From Diplonema japonicum (taxonomy: Eukaryota; Protista; Euglenozoa: Diplonemea): DNA of 64,000 nucleotides. A program made the translations under genes and the position numbers. Below the pieces are notes generated by a model, which did no database searches, was not told where the DNA came from, and saw only the letters and a list, made by a program, of their open reading frames with translations. Below are positions 22,687-33,248 of the stretch, in pieces. Positions within the stretch are counted from its first letter, which is position 1; each line of letters starts with the position of its first letter. The DNA is taken from the NCBI GenBank assembly GCA_964019335.1, contig OZ025719.1, positions 186,001 to 250,000 on the forward strand, given 5' to 3'.

Positions 22687-24549
22687 ATGCACACAATACA
22701 CCTTTTTGCAACACTTTTATGTCTCGCACACTCATCAGCTGACGAGAAGGCAGACCCAGGCTGGTGGGTCGCAAGGGAACGCAGCGAAAAGGACACGTCA
22801 GCCGCGATGCGGTATTTTCAGCATGGGATGCAAGCATACGGCGAAGGGAGGCTGAACGAAGCTCTTAAGGCGTTTACGGCCGTAGTGGAGAAGACACCGG
22901 AGGTGGCTGATGGGTGGAGTAATACCGGTGTAATCCTTGAAGCATTGCAAGAAAGGGAAGCTGCATTGGACGTATACCTGAAGGGCGGCGCATTGCGGAA
23001 GAAAAAGTGCCCAGAGTGCAAAAGAAAGCTCTTTACTTCAGCGTGCAACTTACTACTTGCAGAGTACGAGCACCGTGACAACACAAAAGCGGCTGAGCTT
23101 GCTGAAAAAACTTGTTACCAAGCATGGAAGGCTGAACCCAAAAACTCACGCACTGCCGCGAACCTTGCTACGGCGTATTCTCAGCTTCAAAAGTACGCAG
23201 AGGCATTGCAGATGTACGGGGAATCCCTGTCGGTGTCGCAGGACCCTCAAACACTGCAAAACTTCGCGAACACGTTACTCAGGGCGGGGCATCCTCGTGA
23301 GGCCATCAAAGCCACCAGAGATTTGCTTCAAACTCACGATGTTGCCTTGTCGCACCGTCTCGCAGGCACCGTTCTCGCGACCTTTGAAGTGTCCTCTCAA
23401 ACAAGTATCAACCACTCCATGAGAGGGCTCAGCCAGCACCTCGCCTCTCTTGGGTACACGCCCGACACCTTGCCCTTACCACACCACGCCGTGTTGCACG
23501 GTGGAGGAGAGTGTTATGGAACGCAGTTTTCGGGGCCTTTCAAAGCCTTTGGGGTCGGCTTCGGTCCGGGAGAACACCCGTCGCTTCTCTTCACGGAGAA
23601 GACCGTCGTCCTGAACAGCTTCGAGTCTCATTACTTAACAGGGGAAAGCGGGATAGTCGTGAGCAAGACCGGCACAGTTCACACAGGGGACCACTTGTAC
23701 AACTCAAGAGCTGTGGAGGAGATCACCACCCACAGGAACGACATGGAGGTCGTCCCCGAGGAGTACAGCGTGGCGGTGGCCGTGCAGTTGAAGACAGGGA
23801 ACCATTACCATTGGGTTATAGAGGGTTTGTGCAGGGTTGTCATGTTTGTCGAGAGCGGTGTGTTCAAAGATGGTGGTGTGAGGCTGTTGGTGCCTGCAAA
23901 CAACAAGCTCGTGGAAGAGTCTGTCCGCCTCTTGGAAAAGTACTACGGTGTCAGGCTTCCTACAGTCGCGTGGCGGCCCACAAAGAAGTTCCATGCTTTC
24001 CCCACCATCCACACTATATACTCACATCACACTGAACCTGATGTGCACAGCCACGATCCATGGTACCCTTACTACCCATCTCGCCATGCTGTTCTTGTTT
24101 TGAAGCAAGCGTTGCTGAGTACCGTAGAGACTGATGAACAGGGTGAAGGTTGCATACTGTACGTGTCTCGCTCAGGATCAGCTGCACGGCAGGTTGTTCG
24201 TGAGTCATTGCTCGTCGAGGCCCTGCGTGGAGTGGGACTACCTGTACGTGTGTTCACGCCTTCGGAGTACCCGACCTTGACGTCGCAGATGGAATTGTTC
24301 TCAAGCGCAAGGGTGGTGGTGGCGCCGCATGGCGCTGGGTTGTCCAACATCATTGCTTGCCGTGAAGGAACTCCTGTTGTGGTGCTTCCGATGAACCCCC
24401 CAACCGACAATGTCTGGGGGCATCTCTGCGCTGTGCTCCGCCTGCCCTTCTGGGTGGTGGACAGCGCGTCTGCATTTTACTACTCTCCGTACGAGCTCAC
24501 CGATTCTGGTGTGCGTGACGTCGTCACAACCGTTGCGCAAGTTTTATGA
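22687..24549 (+). CDS. Secretory TPR plus glycosyltransferase family 61 (DUF563) protein
   Basis: Signal peptide MHTIHLFATLLCLAHSSA, TPR helices, and GT61 motifs NHYHW.IE, LYVSR, QMELFSSA.VVVAPHGAGLSNI. Confidence 0.88.
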   Translation: MHTIHLFATLLCLAHSSADEKADPGWWVARERSEKDTSAAMRYFQHGMQAYGEGRLNEALKAFTAVVEKTPEVADGWSNTGVILEALQEREAALDVYLKGGALRKKKCPECKRKLFTSACNLLLAEYEHRDNTKAAELAEKTCYQAWKAEPKNSRTAANLATAYSQLQKYAEALQMYGESLSVSQDPQTLQNFANTLLRAGHPREAIKATRDLLQTHDVALSHRLAGTVLATFEVSSQTSINHSMRGLSQHLASLGYTPDTLPLPHHAVLHGGGECYGTQFSGPFKAFGVGFGPGEHPSLLFTEKTVVLNSFESHYLTGESGIVVSKTGTVHTGDHLYNSRAVEEITTHRNDMEVVPEEYSVAVAVQLKTGNHYHWVIEGLCRVVMFVESGVFKDGGVRLLVPANNKLVEESVRLLEKYYGVRLPTVAWRPTKKFHAFPTIHTIYSHHTEPDVHSHDPWYPYYPSRHAVLVLKQALLSTVETDEQGEGCILYVSRSGSAARQVVRESLLVEALRGVGLPVRVFTPSEYPTLTSQMELFSSARVVVAPHGAGLSNIIACREGTPVVVLPMNPPTDNVWGHLCAVLRLPFWVVDSASAFYYSPYELTDSGVRDVVTTVAQVL

Positions 24550-24622
24550 TTTTTTTTTTGTTGCCCTACCACGAAAAAAGTGAAATAAAGCAGGACACGA
24601 CACAAACAAAGAACACAAGAAA

Positions 24623-27187
24623 ATGAGCGGGAGTTCTAACAAAGCGGACACCGCCCACCATGAAGGCCGCAACATACTGCTCTTCAACGTCGCTGTGCTG
24701 TTGATGGTTGTGTACTTCCACCACTGGCTTCCGGAGCCATTGGGGCTGGACGCACCCTCTGGGGTGTTCAGCTCAGGGCGAGCAATGTCGCACCTTCGAT
24801 CAATGCTTGACTTGGGGGTCCGAACAGTGGGGTCGCGATCGAACGAGATCCTGGTCCCGCAGTACCTTTTGAAAGAGTTCAAGACCATTGAAGGCAGCGC
24901 GCATGCAAGCGTGCTGATGGAGATCGATATGCAATGGCCGACGGGCGGTTTCACAACACCGTTCCTCGGGACCTTTGTCAACACCTACGACAGGGTCACC
25001 AATGTTGTCTTACGCTTGTCACCACGAGATAACGTAGGCGGCGATGCTCTTCTTGTCGGTGCGCACTACGACTCCGCTCTTGGCACAGTGGGTGCGTCAG
25101 ACGACTTAGTCAACATCGCGGCAATGGTGGAGATAATACGCCTTCTCGCATCAAAACCCCTCAAAAACACTATTATCTTCAACTTCAACGGGGCGGAAGA
25201 GACAAATTGGCAAGCTGCCCACGGTTTCATCACTCAACACAAATGGGCCAGCCAAATCAAAGCCATGGTCAACCTAGAAGCATCCGGTTCAGGCGGCCGC
25301 GAAATGGTCATTCAGAACGGGCCTGGCAACGCGTGGATCTCGAGAACATACGCCGAAAAGGTCCCCCACCCGCACATCCACGGCGTGGCACAGATGATTT
25401 TTCAATCAGGCGTGCTGCCAGCTCAAACAGATTTCCAGACATACCGGGACCATCATCCTACTTTGAAAAAACTACCAGGGATGGACCTTGCGGTTGTTCA
25501 GGGAGGATATGTGTACCATACTCCGCAGGATGATATTGAGCATGTTGATGCTGCTCATGTGCAGCGGCTTGGCGACAATGTGTTCGCGCTAGTGGATGCT
25601 TTGGCGTCGTCACCATACCTTCGCAACCCTGGCAGCTTGAAGGACGAGTACGACACGACGTTCGACGTGCTGGGGATCTTTGTCGTCCGGTACTCCTCGT
25701 TGGTGGGAAACCTTCTCAACGTGGCGGCGCTTGTGTTCACCGCGTTTATTGTCTACGAGACGAAGACGTACGACATTGGAAAGAACGCCCTTCGCGACGT
25801 CATTCTGCCCTCCTTCGGTGTGGCCATCGCCGCACCCATCACAGTGGCGGTTGTTTTCACCCTTTTAAACCAGAACATCTCATGGTACACATCAACCTGG
25901 CTTGCATATGTCTTGTACACCATGCCGTCTGTAGTAGGTGTGGCAGTTGTGTATCATCGGTATGGTGAGAGGCATGTCAACCAGTCTGTTAGAACATTGC
26001 AGACAGCGGTGGTGACGGGTGCCACCATGATGTTTTGGGTGATACTTGTCCCGCTGACACTGTGCGGGCACACCCTCACCACGTTCATGATCCTGGTGTG
26101 GTTCCTACCTCTGTTCGTGAAATACCTCTGCGACAAGGTGAAGGTTCAGGTAACAAGCGGGATGTACTTCGCATGCTGTGTCCCGGGGCTTTGTATATGG
26201 TGGCATCTGTATCTAACTATCATCGGGTTTTTCCTCCCCCTCATGGGACGCATCGGGAATCAGATTCCTCCAAACGTTTTTGTGGCTGTTATTTCAGGGC
26301 CGCTTGTTGGGATGCTGATGTTGATCCCGATGTCCAATATCTTCCGCGTTCCGGAAAGCGCGTTGAAAGTTGGGCTGAGAATATCAATAGGCGTGTTTTT
26401 GGTGGGCGTTGCAAGCTCAATGTGTTTCATTCCTATCTACACCACCTCACGGCCGAAAAGACTGTTCATGCAGCACGTGCAACGTTCATGGCACGATGCC
26501 CACGGGACAGTCGTTAAAAAAGACGCTGGGCTCTGGATCAACCCCATGGATTTTAACGGGCTTGCTGCCTTGCGTCGGGAATGGCCAGCCCTGAGCAACG
26601 CGGAAGAAGCGACTTGTAAAGCAGAGACGCTGTACTGTGATTACCCATGGTACTTCCCTGTGTCGGCTATGATCGGTGGGGGGAAATGGCTCCCTGCAGA
26701 GGCACCGAATCTCCCTCAAATAGAACTATCCGCGTCGGGTGAAGCAACCGACACAGGCAGGCGTGTAGCTTTTAAAATAAAAGGCCCGAAACAAATGACG
26801 CTTATCATAAACCAGCGTTCTGACCAACCGGTTGTGAAAACGTGGTCTTTTTCTAACACGGTGTTGCCTCCGCGGGCGGACTGTGATTGTCACTTTGTAT
26901 TCCACGCGAAGGGCGCGCCTGTCGATCTAACGGATAAGTCTGATCTTCACAAGCATACTCTTGAGGGGGGTGAGACCGGGCTTCGTTATAATTACCGTCC
27001 CTTTGACACGAGGTCCAACTGGGAGTTCACCGTCGACCTTATTGGTTCCGGCACGCTTGATGTAGCGGTGTACGGGCATTATCTTGACCATCCTCTTTCT
27101 GACGAGCTTAGAAAGCACCATGAATCGCTGCCGCAGTGGGTTTCTGACTTAGCATGGTCTTCTTCATGGTCAATGTTCAAAGTCTGA
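24623..27187 (+). CDS. ERMP1: ER metallopeptidase 1-like, peptidase M28 with a multipass TM region
   Basis: GAHYDS, GASDD, FNGAEE, NLEASGSGG, TDF and YVYHT, followed by about 8 TM segments and RPKRLFMQH. Confidence 0.92.
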   Translation: MSGSSNKADTAHHEGRNILLFNVAVLLMVVYFHHWLPEPLGLDAPSGVFSSGRAMSHLRSMLDLGVRTVGSRSNEILVPQYLLKEFKTIEGSAHASVLMEIDMQWPTGGFTTPFLGTFVNTYDRVTNVVLRLSPRDNVGGDALLVGAHYDSALGTVGASDDLVNIAAMVEIIRLLASKPLKNTIIFNFNGAEETNWQAAHGFITQHKWASQIKAMVNLEASGSGGREMVIQNGPGNAWISRTYAEKVPHPHIHGVAQMIFQSGVLPAQTDFQTYRDHHPTLKKLPGMDLAVVQGGYVYHTPQDDIEHVDAAHVQRLGDNVFALVDALASSPYLRNPGSLKDEYDTTFDVLGIFVVRYSSLVGNLLNVAALVFTAFIVYETKTYDIGKNALRDVILPSFGVAIAAPITVAVVFTLLNQNISWYTSTWLAYVLYTMPSVVGVAVVYHRYGERHVNQSVRTLQTAVVTGATMMFWVILVPLTLCGHTLTTFMILVWFLPLFVKYLCDKVKVQVTSGMYFACCVPGLCIWWHLYLTIIGFFLPLMGRIGNQIPPNVFVAVISGPLVGMLMLIPMSNIFRVPESALKVGLRISIGVFLVGVASSMCFIPIYTTSRPKRLFMQHVQRSWHDAHGTVVKKDAGLWINPMDFNGLAALRREWPALSNAEEATCKAETLYCDYPWYFPVSAMIGGGKWLPAEAPNLPQIELSASGEATDTGRRVAFKIKGPKQMTLIINQRSDQPVVKTWSFSNTVLPPRADCDCHFVFHAKGAPVDLTDKSDLHKHTLEGGETGLRYNYRPFDTRSNWEFTVDLIGSGTLDVAVYGHYLDHPLSDELRKHHESLPQWVSDLAWSSSWSMFKV

Positions 27188-27251
27188 GGGAAGAGTGGTA
27201 GGGGAGGGGGGGGTTTTTTTTGATAATTTTTTAATTTTTTTTTTCCTCTAA

Positions 27252-27285
<34 letters not shown>

Positions 27286-27308
27286 TTATTGTCATCAAAA
27301 AAAAAAAA

Positions 27309-27863
27309 AAATAACTATTTATTGCCAACAAATTATGAGTCATTATTTAACTCGAGTTCCCGAATTTTTTGCACGAGGGCCCGCAGGGCCTGAGTGCAAA
27401 AAAACGGGTAACGAGAGTTAAATAATGGCTCATTTGGCGGCAAGTAAGTCGTTTTATTTCACTCTTCGTCATTTGAGTCACTCACTCTTCACTGCTTTCA
27501 CTGCTGTTTTTTTTCACGCAGGTCAGCCTTTTTGGGGATTTTCCTAAGGTAATATGGGGTTGCTATTTCGCCGTGGCATTTAAAGGGGAAGTAAGGCACT
27601 TATTCCCACTTTTAAGGGCTGGAATGGCCTCAGATGGCCAAAAATAGTCAAAATACGCCCACCCCAAAAAAATTTTTCAAGGGGTTGGGTGCATTTTTTT
27701 CCACGGCGAGACTCATTTTTCCACTCTGAAGGGCCATTATTTAACTGCAAAATCTCATTATTTAACTAGTTAAATAATGGCGATTTCGCGTTAAATAATG
27801 GCCATTTCGCGTTAAATAATGAGGCCCCTAGTGAGTGAAGAAAATGACGAAGAGTGAAATAAA
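27309..27863. mobile_element. Non-coding element with a large 5' hairpin and a perfect 22-bp inverted repeat pair (Crypton-like architecture)
   Basis: Fold-back 27309-27455 centred on GGGCCC-GCA-GGGCC. TTTATTTCACTCTTCGTCATTT (27453-27474) is the reverse complement of 27842-27863. The motif CATTATTTAAC occurs 7 times in both orientations. Confidence 0.7.
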
Positions 27864-28682
27864 GAAAAATAATGTTGGGGCAGCGTTGTGAATGTTACAA
27901 AATATATTCTCTTTGGTATATATAAAAAAAAAAAAAAAGAAATTATTTTGTAACCAATTGATTGCGCGCAAACGAAGAATAATCCGTATTCTTCTTCTTT
28001 TTTTTTTTTTTTTTTTGTTCTCTTTTTTTTTTTTTTTTTTTTTTTATATTGTTTGTGGGAAAGAATAAGAAATTAATCGTAACGTAACGTAAGTGAATAA
28101 GTGAATTTAACCCACAAAAAAATACCCCACCCTCAGTCAAGCACAAAAGAAAAACCAAGGAAGAAAAAAAAAAAAAAAAAAAAAGACAGGCATGAACACG
28201 CGTGTGAAGGGGGAGTGAAGGGGGAAAAAGAAAAAAAAGAAACTGATTCTATTTTTTTTTTTTTGTGTGAAAGATTTGCTTGTTTTCCTTTTTTCTTCTA
28301 GTCTTTTTAGTCTTTTTTGTCAGAAACTAGAGGGGTGGCAGATATCTGTTAAAATTAATAAAAAGGGGGGGGGGGGGCTTTCCAATTTGTACCAGTTCCC
28401 TTTTTATAATAAGATAAAATAAAAAATAAAAAAACCGTTCTTTTTTCTCGTTTGCTGTGTTTTTTTTTTTCTTTTTTTCTCCTTGTTCTCTGGGGAGTTA
28501 CCCTACCCCCACACAATCTTTTTTTTTTTTTTTTTTTTGTTACTTTTTTTTTTTTTAGAACCATCCGCGGAGTATTTATCACCACATTTTTTTTTTTTTT
28601 TTTTTTTTTTTTGCCCACCACCAAAAAAAAAAAAAAAAGAAAAAGGGGGGTAAATGTAAAAAAAAAAAAAAAAAAAAAAAAA

Positions 28683-29777
28683 ATGTCATCTGTCACATTG
28701 TTGAACCCACCCAAGCTGTCCCTGCGGGGGGCAGTTCTTGACGATTCGAAAACGCAGCGGCTCAGGCTGCTGGCAGCGGGAATGGTAGTTCTCCTTGGTG
28801 GGCAGATCTTCGTCTTCATATACTTCCTGATGTCCTTAGAGACCAGGCTGGACCAGATCCTAAAAAGCAAACCCCCCGACTCCTTCAAAGACCCCGCGCT
28901 GATTTTTTGCATAGTCACCGGTGTGGTATCGTTTGGGGGCTTAGGGTGCTACAGCACGGTAAACGCGAAGAAAGGGATAAAATACGTCTTGACGTGCATT
29001 CCACGTTTCGTAGGGATGCTGCTTGTACAGGTTTTCATTTTCATCCCAATAATGCTCGTTATGAAGCATTTCGACTGTCATTGTGTTTCAGGGGGCACTA
29101 TAGGTGGATGGATGAACTTTTTAGGAGCCGCGACAATTCTGCGTGGATTTATTCGATTCTTCATTGCGTGCACTAAGGAAGGATCCTCAAACAAACCGCA
29201 GGAAAACCAGCAGGAACAGCTTGGGAACACACAAACCTCTTCAAACAACGGAGCAGCAGAGCTCATGACGGAACGCCGCAGCACCATTCCCATTGTCAAC
29301 CTGTTAATTTCCTTCAGACAGTTCATTCAAGGGATCGCTCTTATCGTCTCAAGCACCACTGTTCAGGACAATGTGAACAACGTTGCAAACGACAACTGGG
29401 TCACGGTCATGACCCCTATTCTCGCGTGTTATGGATGTGGGGTTGTTTTGACGTTTGTGACGCTTCTTGCGATAGGATGCCCCACCGCTTTGCAGCGGCA
29501 GACGACCTTTTCTCAGAAGATCCGCCGTGCCTTTTGGAACCTCACCGGCCCCGTTATTTTCTGTTTCATCCGTCTTTTCTGCCTCATTTTCTTCCTCCAG
29601 CTCGTTCGCTGGCAGGACACTTTCCACTACTACCCGAACGATCACGTCACCCCATTCGAGGTAGTTGTGTGGGGCTTCCTCGTTGCGGGTTGTATCGGGC
29701 TCCTCGTCTTTGGGTTGATTGGGTTTATTCTTCACCCCCAGTTCTACAAGGACTGTGCTGAGATTGTGTATGATTAA
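28683..29777 (+). CDS. Multi-pass membrane protein of unknown function
   Basis: ATG after an A run and about 8 hydrophobic segments. Only weak resemblance to TMEM185-type repeats. Confidence 0.7.
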   Translation: MSSVTLLNPPKLSLRGAVLDDSKTQRLRLLAAGMVVLLGGQIFVFIYFLMSLETRLDQILKSKPPDSFKDPALIFCIVTGVVSFGGLGCYSTVNAKKGIKYVLTCIPRFVGMLLVQVFIFIPIMLVMKHFDCHCVSGGTIGGWMNFLGAATILRGFIRFFIACTKEGSSNKPQENQQEQLGNTQTSSNNGAAELMTERRSTIPIVNLLISFRQFIQGIALIVSSTTVQDNVNNVANDNWVTVMTPILACYGCGVVLTFVTLLAIGCPTALQRQTTFSQKIRRAFWNLTGPVIFCFIRLFCLIFFLQLVRWQDTFHYYPNDHVTPFEVVVWGFLVAGCIGLLVFGLIGFILHPQFYKDCAEIVYD

Positions 29778-30105
29778 GAAGAGGGGGAAAAAAAAAAAAA
29801 AAGAAAATAATATACAGGGAACGGGACACACATGTTGCCATCGAAGAGGGTGACGATGTGCACTCAATGCTGACCTCTCGCCGTCCGAGCTTTGCGAGTA
29901 CTATAACCGCGTAGTAACGCTGTTTATTTTTTTTTTTTTTGTTTTTGTTTTTGTTTTGTTATTCAGTTTTCTACTAATAGAAAAATGCCGATAGAAATAT
30001 AGAAGAAAGAACGGGGGAGGGAAAAAAAGGGGGAGAGAAAGGCCCTTTTTTTTCTTTTTTTCTTATCCCCCTGCTTCCCATTTACCCCTTACTCAGAGCC
30101 ATGCC

Positions 30106-32133
30106 ATGGAGGAGCTAGCCACTTCGTGGTATGCACGCGTGGCACCGGGGCTTGCAGAAGTGTTACGGGTTGGTGGACCACATGTGCAAAGGCAGCTATG
30201 CATGAGACCGCAAGGTGGTGTGATAGACAACGAAGGTGTCGGCAAGAGCAAAGTCTTCGCCCTGACCGCCGTAGAGACACGTCGGAAGCGCACTGATTTG
30301 TTTGATGAAAGGCAGCAACGTACTAAACTGAAGGAGCTCCAGCTGAGCGATGCACACAATAAAATCTCAAGCAAGAAGCACTCTAACCCCGAGCAGCACC
30401 GCTCGCAGCGTTGGGGAGCTCATGTTGTGTCCTGTCTGTTCATACACCAGGTCATCAGGCATACTCAGCAAACACATGCTTTGAATCTGCTGACAAAGCG
30501 GCTCCTCCCTGTCCTGTCGCGTGTGGTGCACAGGATACGCCAGAACCTGCTGAAGAGACGCCACACTAAAGTACTGATGCAGGACCGCACGCTTGACGAG
30601 CTGTACAAACCGTTCGAGGCGCAGCAGTTTGTGAAAGAGCTGCCAAAGGAAGCGCGCGACATAGTGCGCAGCGCAACCGAGATGGTGACTTACCTCCCCG
30701 ACGAGCACCTGTGCTACCAGTGCGATACTGCAGGCGGGCTTGTCGTTGTCGTCTCTGGTAAACTGCACATTGTCCGAAACAACATAACAGTGGCCACACT
30801 CACGGACGGCGATTCCTTTGGCGAGTATTCCCTGGTGGTGAGAAACAAGTCCATCGCCTCCCTCGTTGCAGTGAAGACCTCGTTCGCCATTGTCCTCCGG
30901 AGCCAGGACTTCGCACCTATCTTCAGCACTTTCCATTCAAACGTGCGCTCATCACTCACGGACGGTTGCCGCAGCCGCTATAAGCAACTCCTTTCTGCGT
31001 TCTTCCGCATCACACCAACACAGGTACGCAACATCGGGTTGTTGCAGCACCTCTCCCTCTCTGCTGCCACAAACGTACTGGATCAAATGTATCCTGAGGT
31101 GTTTCTCCCCGGGACACCTGTGTACAAGCTGGGTGACAGGGCATCCACCGGTTGCTGCTACATATCTAGGGGCTGCATACAGCTCTTTGACGAGAACAGC
31201 AAGGAGGTGAAGCGTCTGGGGTCTGGCGGTGTATTCGGCGAAGAGGAAGTCGTGTTTCTGGAGAGGAGACGGTGCACAGCTGCCGCACTGAACTCGACAG
31301 AAGTGTGGTGCCTGCCGCGCAATGTGTTGGATGACATGGCACTGAGATACCCGCGGGACACGTTGCAATTCCTGGCGCTGAAGAACAGGGAAGAGGCTGC
31401 TGCCATGCCGGGGATCACGGTGCAGTGGCTTGTCGACTACGTGCCGCTCTTGCGTGCAGCGTCGCCGTCCCTCCGCAAGGGGTTCGTCAACAACGTCAAG
31501 CCGCGTGTCTTCTCGCTCGGGGAGCTCGTTACCACACGCGGACAGCCCATCACAGAAGTGGTGCTGCTCATGAAGGGCACTGTGGAGTCCGACTCGGTCA
31601 TCTTGCACGCAGTGCATCTTCTTGGTTTCAAAGAGTTCCACCGTAACGCGCAATGGCCCGACACGTGGCGTGCACGGTCACGTTGCTACACATGGATCCT
31701 ATGCGGGGCTGTCCTGCGGCGGTTGCTTGCGTCGTCACCCGATCACAAAATGCCGAGGATCACAAGGGCGCTGATGGCGTCGATGAAGTTCAGGGCGGCA
31801 AAACGAACGGTAAAAGAAGCAACTGAAAAGAAACCCAAAACTGCCCCGAAAAAGCAAGAAGAAGAGAAGACGATTGTAGAGCTGAGCCCAATGCAGATGC
31901 TTGTCTCCCGTGCTGTGAAACTACGCAGCTACGGAGCCAATATCTGGGAAAAGGGACATATCGTCAACGAAGAAGCCCGCTCGCTGGCACTCACCGACGA
32001 AGAGGGGGTGGTCTTGGAGGACTGCTTTAAGGCAAAGCTGGCTGAGCTCACCGGAGGTATTATGCAAAAAAACACGGCCCTTGCGCCCTTAAAGAACGCC
32101 TCCACAATTATTGACCAACCTGGAATGGATTGA
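30106..32133 (+). CDS. Protein with 2-3 cyclic-nucleotide-binding (cNMP) domains
   Basis: YLPDEHL...VVSGKL...GDSFGEYSL; FLPGTPV...ISRG...GGVFGEEEV...RRCTAAA; a third degenerate copy FSLGELV...LMKGTV...LLGF. Confidence 0.85.
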   Translation: MEELATSWYARVAPGLAEVLRVGGPHVQRQLCMRPQGGVIDNEGVGKSKVFALTAVETRRKRTDLFDERQQRTKLKELQLSDAHNKISSKKHSNPEQHRSQRWGAHVVSCLFIHQVIRHTQQTHALNLLTKRLLPVLSRVVHRIRQNLLKRRHTKVLMQDRTLDELYKPFEAQQFVKELPKEARDIVRSATEMVTYLPDEHLCYQCDTAGGLVVVVSGKLHIVRNNITVATLTDGDSFGEYSLVVRNKSIASLVAVKTSFAIVLRSQDFAPIFSTFHSNVRSSLTDGCRSRYKQLLSAFFRITPTQVRNIGLLQHLSLSAATNVLDQMYPEVFLPGTPVYKLGDRASTGCCYISRGCIQLFDENSKEVKRLGSGGVFGEEEVVFLERRRCTAAALNSTEVWCLPRNVLDDMALRYPRDTLQFLALKNREEAAAMPGITVQWLVDYVPLLRAASPSLRKGFVNNVKPRVFSLGELVTTRGQPITEVVLLMKGTVESDSVILHAVHLLGFKEFHRNAQWPDTWRARSRCYTWILCGAVLRRLLASSPDHKMPRITRALMASMKFRAAKRTVKEATEKKPKTAPKKQEEEKTIVELSPMQMLVSRAVKLRSYGANIWEKGHIVNEEARSLALTDEEGVVLEDCFKAKLAELTGGIMQKNTALAPLKNASTIIDQPGMD

Positions 32134-32297
32134 AAAAGAGGAAGGCGAACGTTCGGGTCATTTAGGAGGTCTGATGGCCTTGACCAACTCTTCTTCTTAT
32201 TTCTTTTTCCTTCCCCTTCTTTGCTGATGAGGTCGGATTAAAAAAAAAAAAAAAAAAAAGAAACTTCCGTTTTTTTTTTTTTTTTTTTTTTTTTTTT

Positions 32298-33002
32298 CCA
32301 ACGATTCTAAAGCTACAGTTTCTGTACTTTATTGGTGTCCGACCGAAGCTGCAGCGATACATGGCTGTGGTGGTCGGGAAACGGGATGTGGAGCTCATGC
32401 AAATAGACAACGCCAGCACACAGCCGCTGTCGTGGGTACGCATGTGGAGGGAAGGAGATGCCTCGTGCCAACGGCGGGGGAGCTCGAAGGAGTGGGAGGA
32501 ATCGTCGCAGAATTCTTGAACCCGCTGCTGCAGTGGTTGTCACAGCTACGATGGGCGAAGGAGGACACCAGCTCTGAAGTGTCAGCGGTGGAATTGGCCA
32601 TCGACTTCGAATGGACGACAGGCAAGTTATTGGGAGGTCTGCTGGAAGATAGGGCTCGCAAGATCAAAGCACTGATAAGAAAGCTGAACGCGGCATGCAG
32701 GGCACGGAAGAAGCCACGCCCCTTCCCAGCAGATGAACAGAAGAGAGTGAAGTCCCTCATCGCAATAGGTGGGAAGACGGCTATGGGTTTCGCCAGGACC
32801 ATCTTCGCCACCCACTCCACGCACGACAAGCTGATGGAACTGAAAGCCGCTTACAAGCGAGACCGCATCACACGACTCCGCAAGACACTCAGGGCCTCGA
32901 TTGGAACGAAGGCAATGCTCCAGGAGGGGAGTATAAATAGATAGCCCCCCCCAACCCACCCAAGGGCGGCCCTCCATGAGGGGGTTTGTCCTGCACTTTG
33001 AG
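32298..33002 (+). mobile_element. 5'-truncated non-LTR retroelement relic
   Basis: LLQWLSQLRW...VSAVELAIDFEWTTG...RVKSLIAIG is the same C-terminal motif set as the other relics. Frameshifted, preceded by a long T run and followed by T7. Confidence 0.7.
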
Positions 33003-33136
33003 TTTTTTGCAAGAACGAGTCTTTGACTTGTCTAAACAAAAGGGGAACGTTGGCAACGTGTTTTGGGTTGACAAACTTCTCCAGGTTTTGCCCGACACGT
33101 ACACCTCCTCTTTTACGTTTTTTTTTTTTTTTTTTT

Positions 33137-33242
33137 TTTGTTACAAATACTTATCTTTCAAAAAAATGATTTACAACAATTTATAACTACATGCAACTTG
33201 TGCCGATCAAAAACTTTCGAAGCTTTTTTAAAAACCTTTTTT
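33137..33242 (+). repeat. Dispersed repeat of about 100 bp, inverted copy of 6195-6292
   Basis: Reverse-complement match to 6195-6292. Ends in TTTTTTCAG just before the ATG at 33249. Confidence 0.8.
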
Positions 33243-33248
33243 CAGTAC

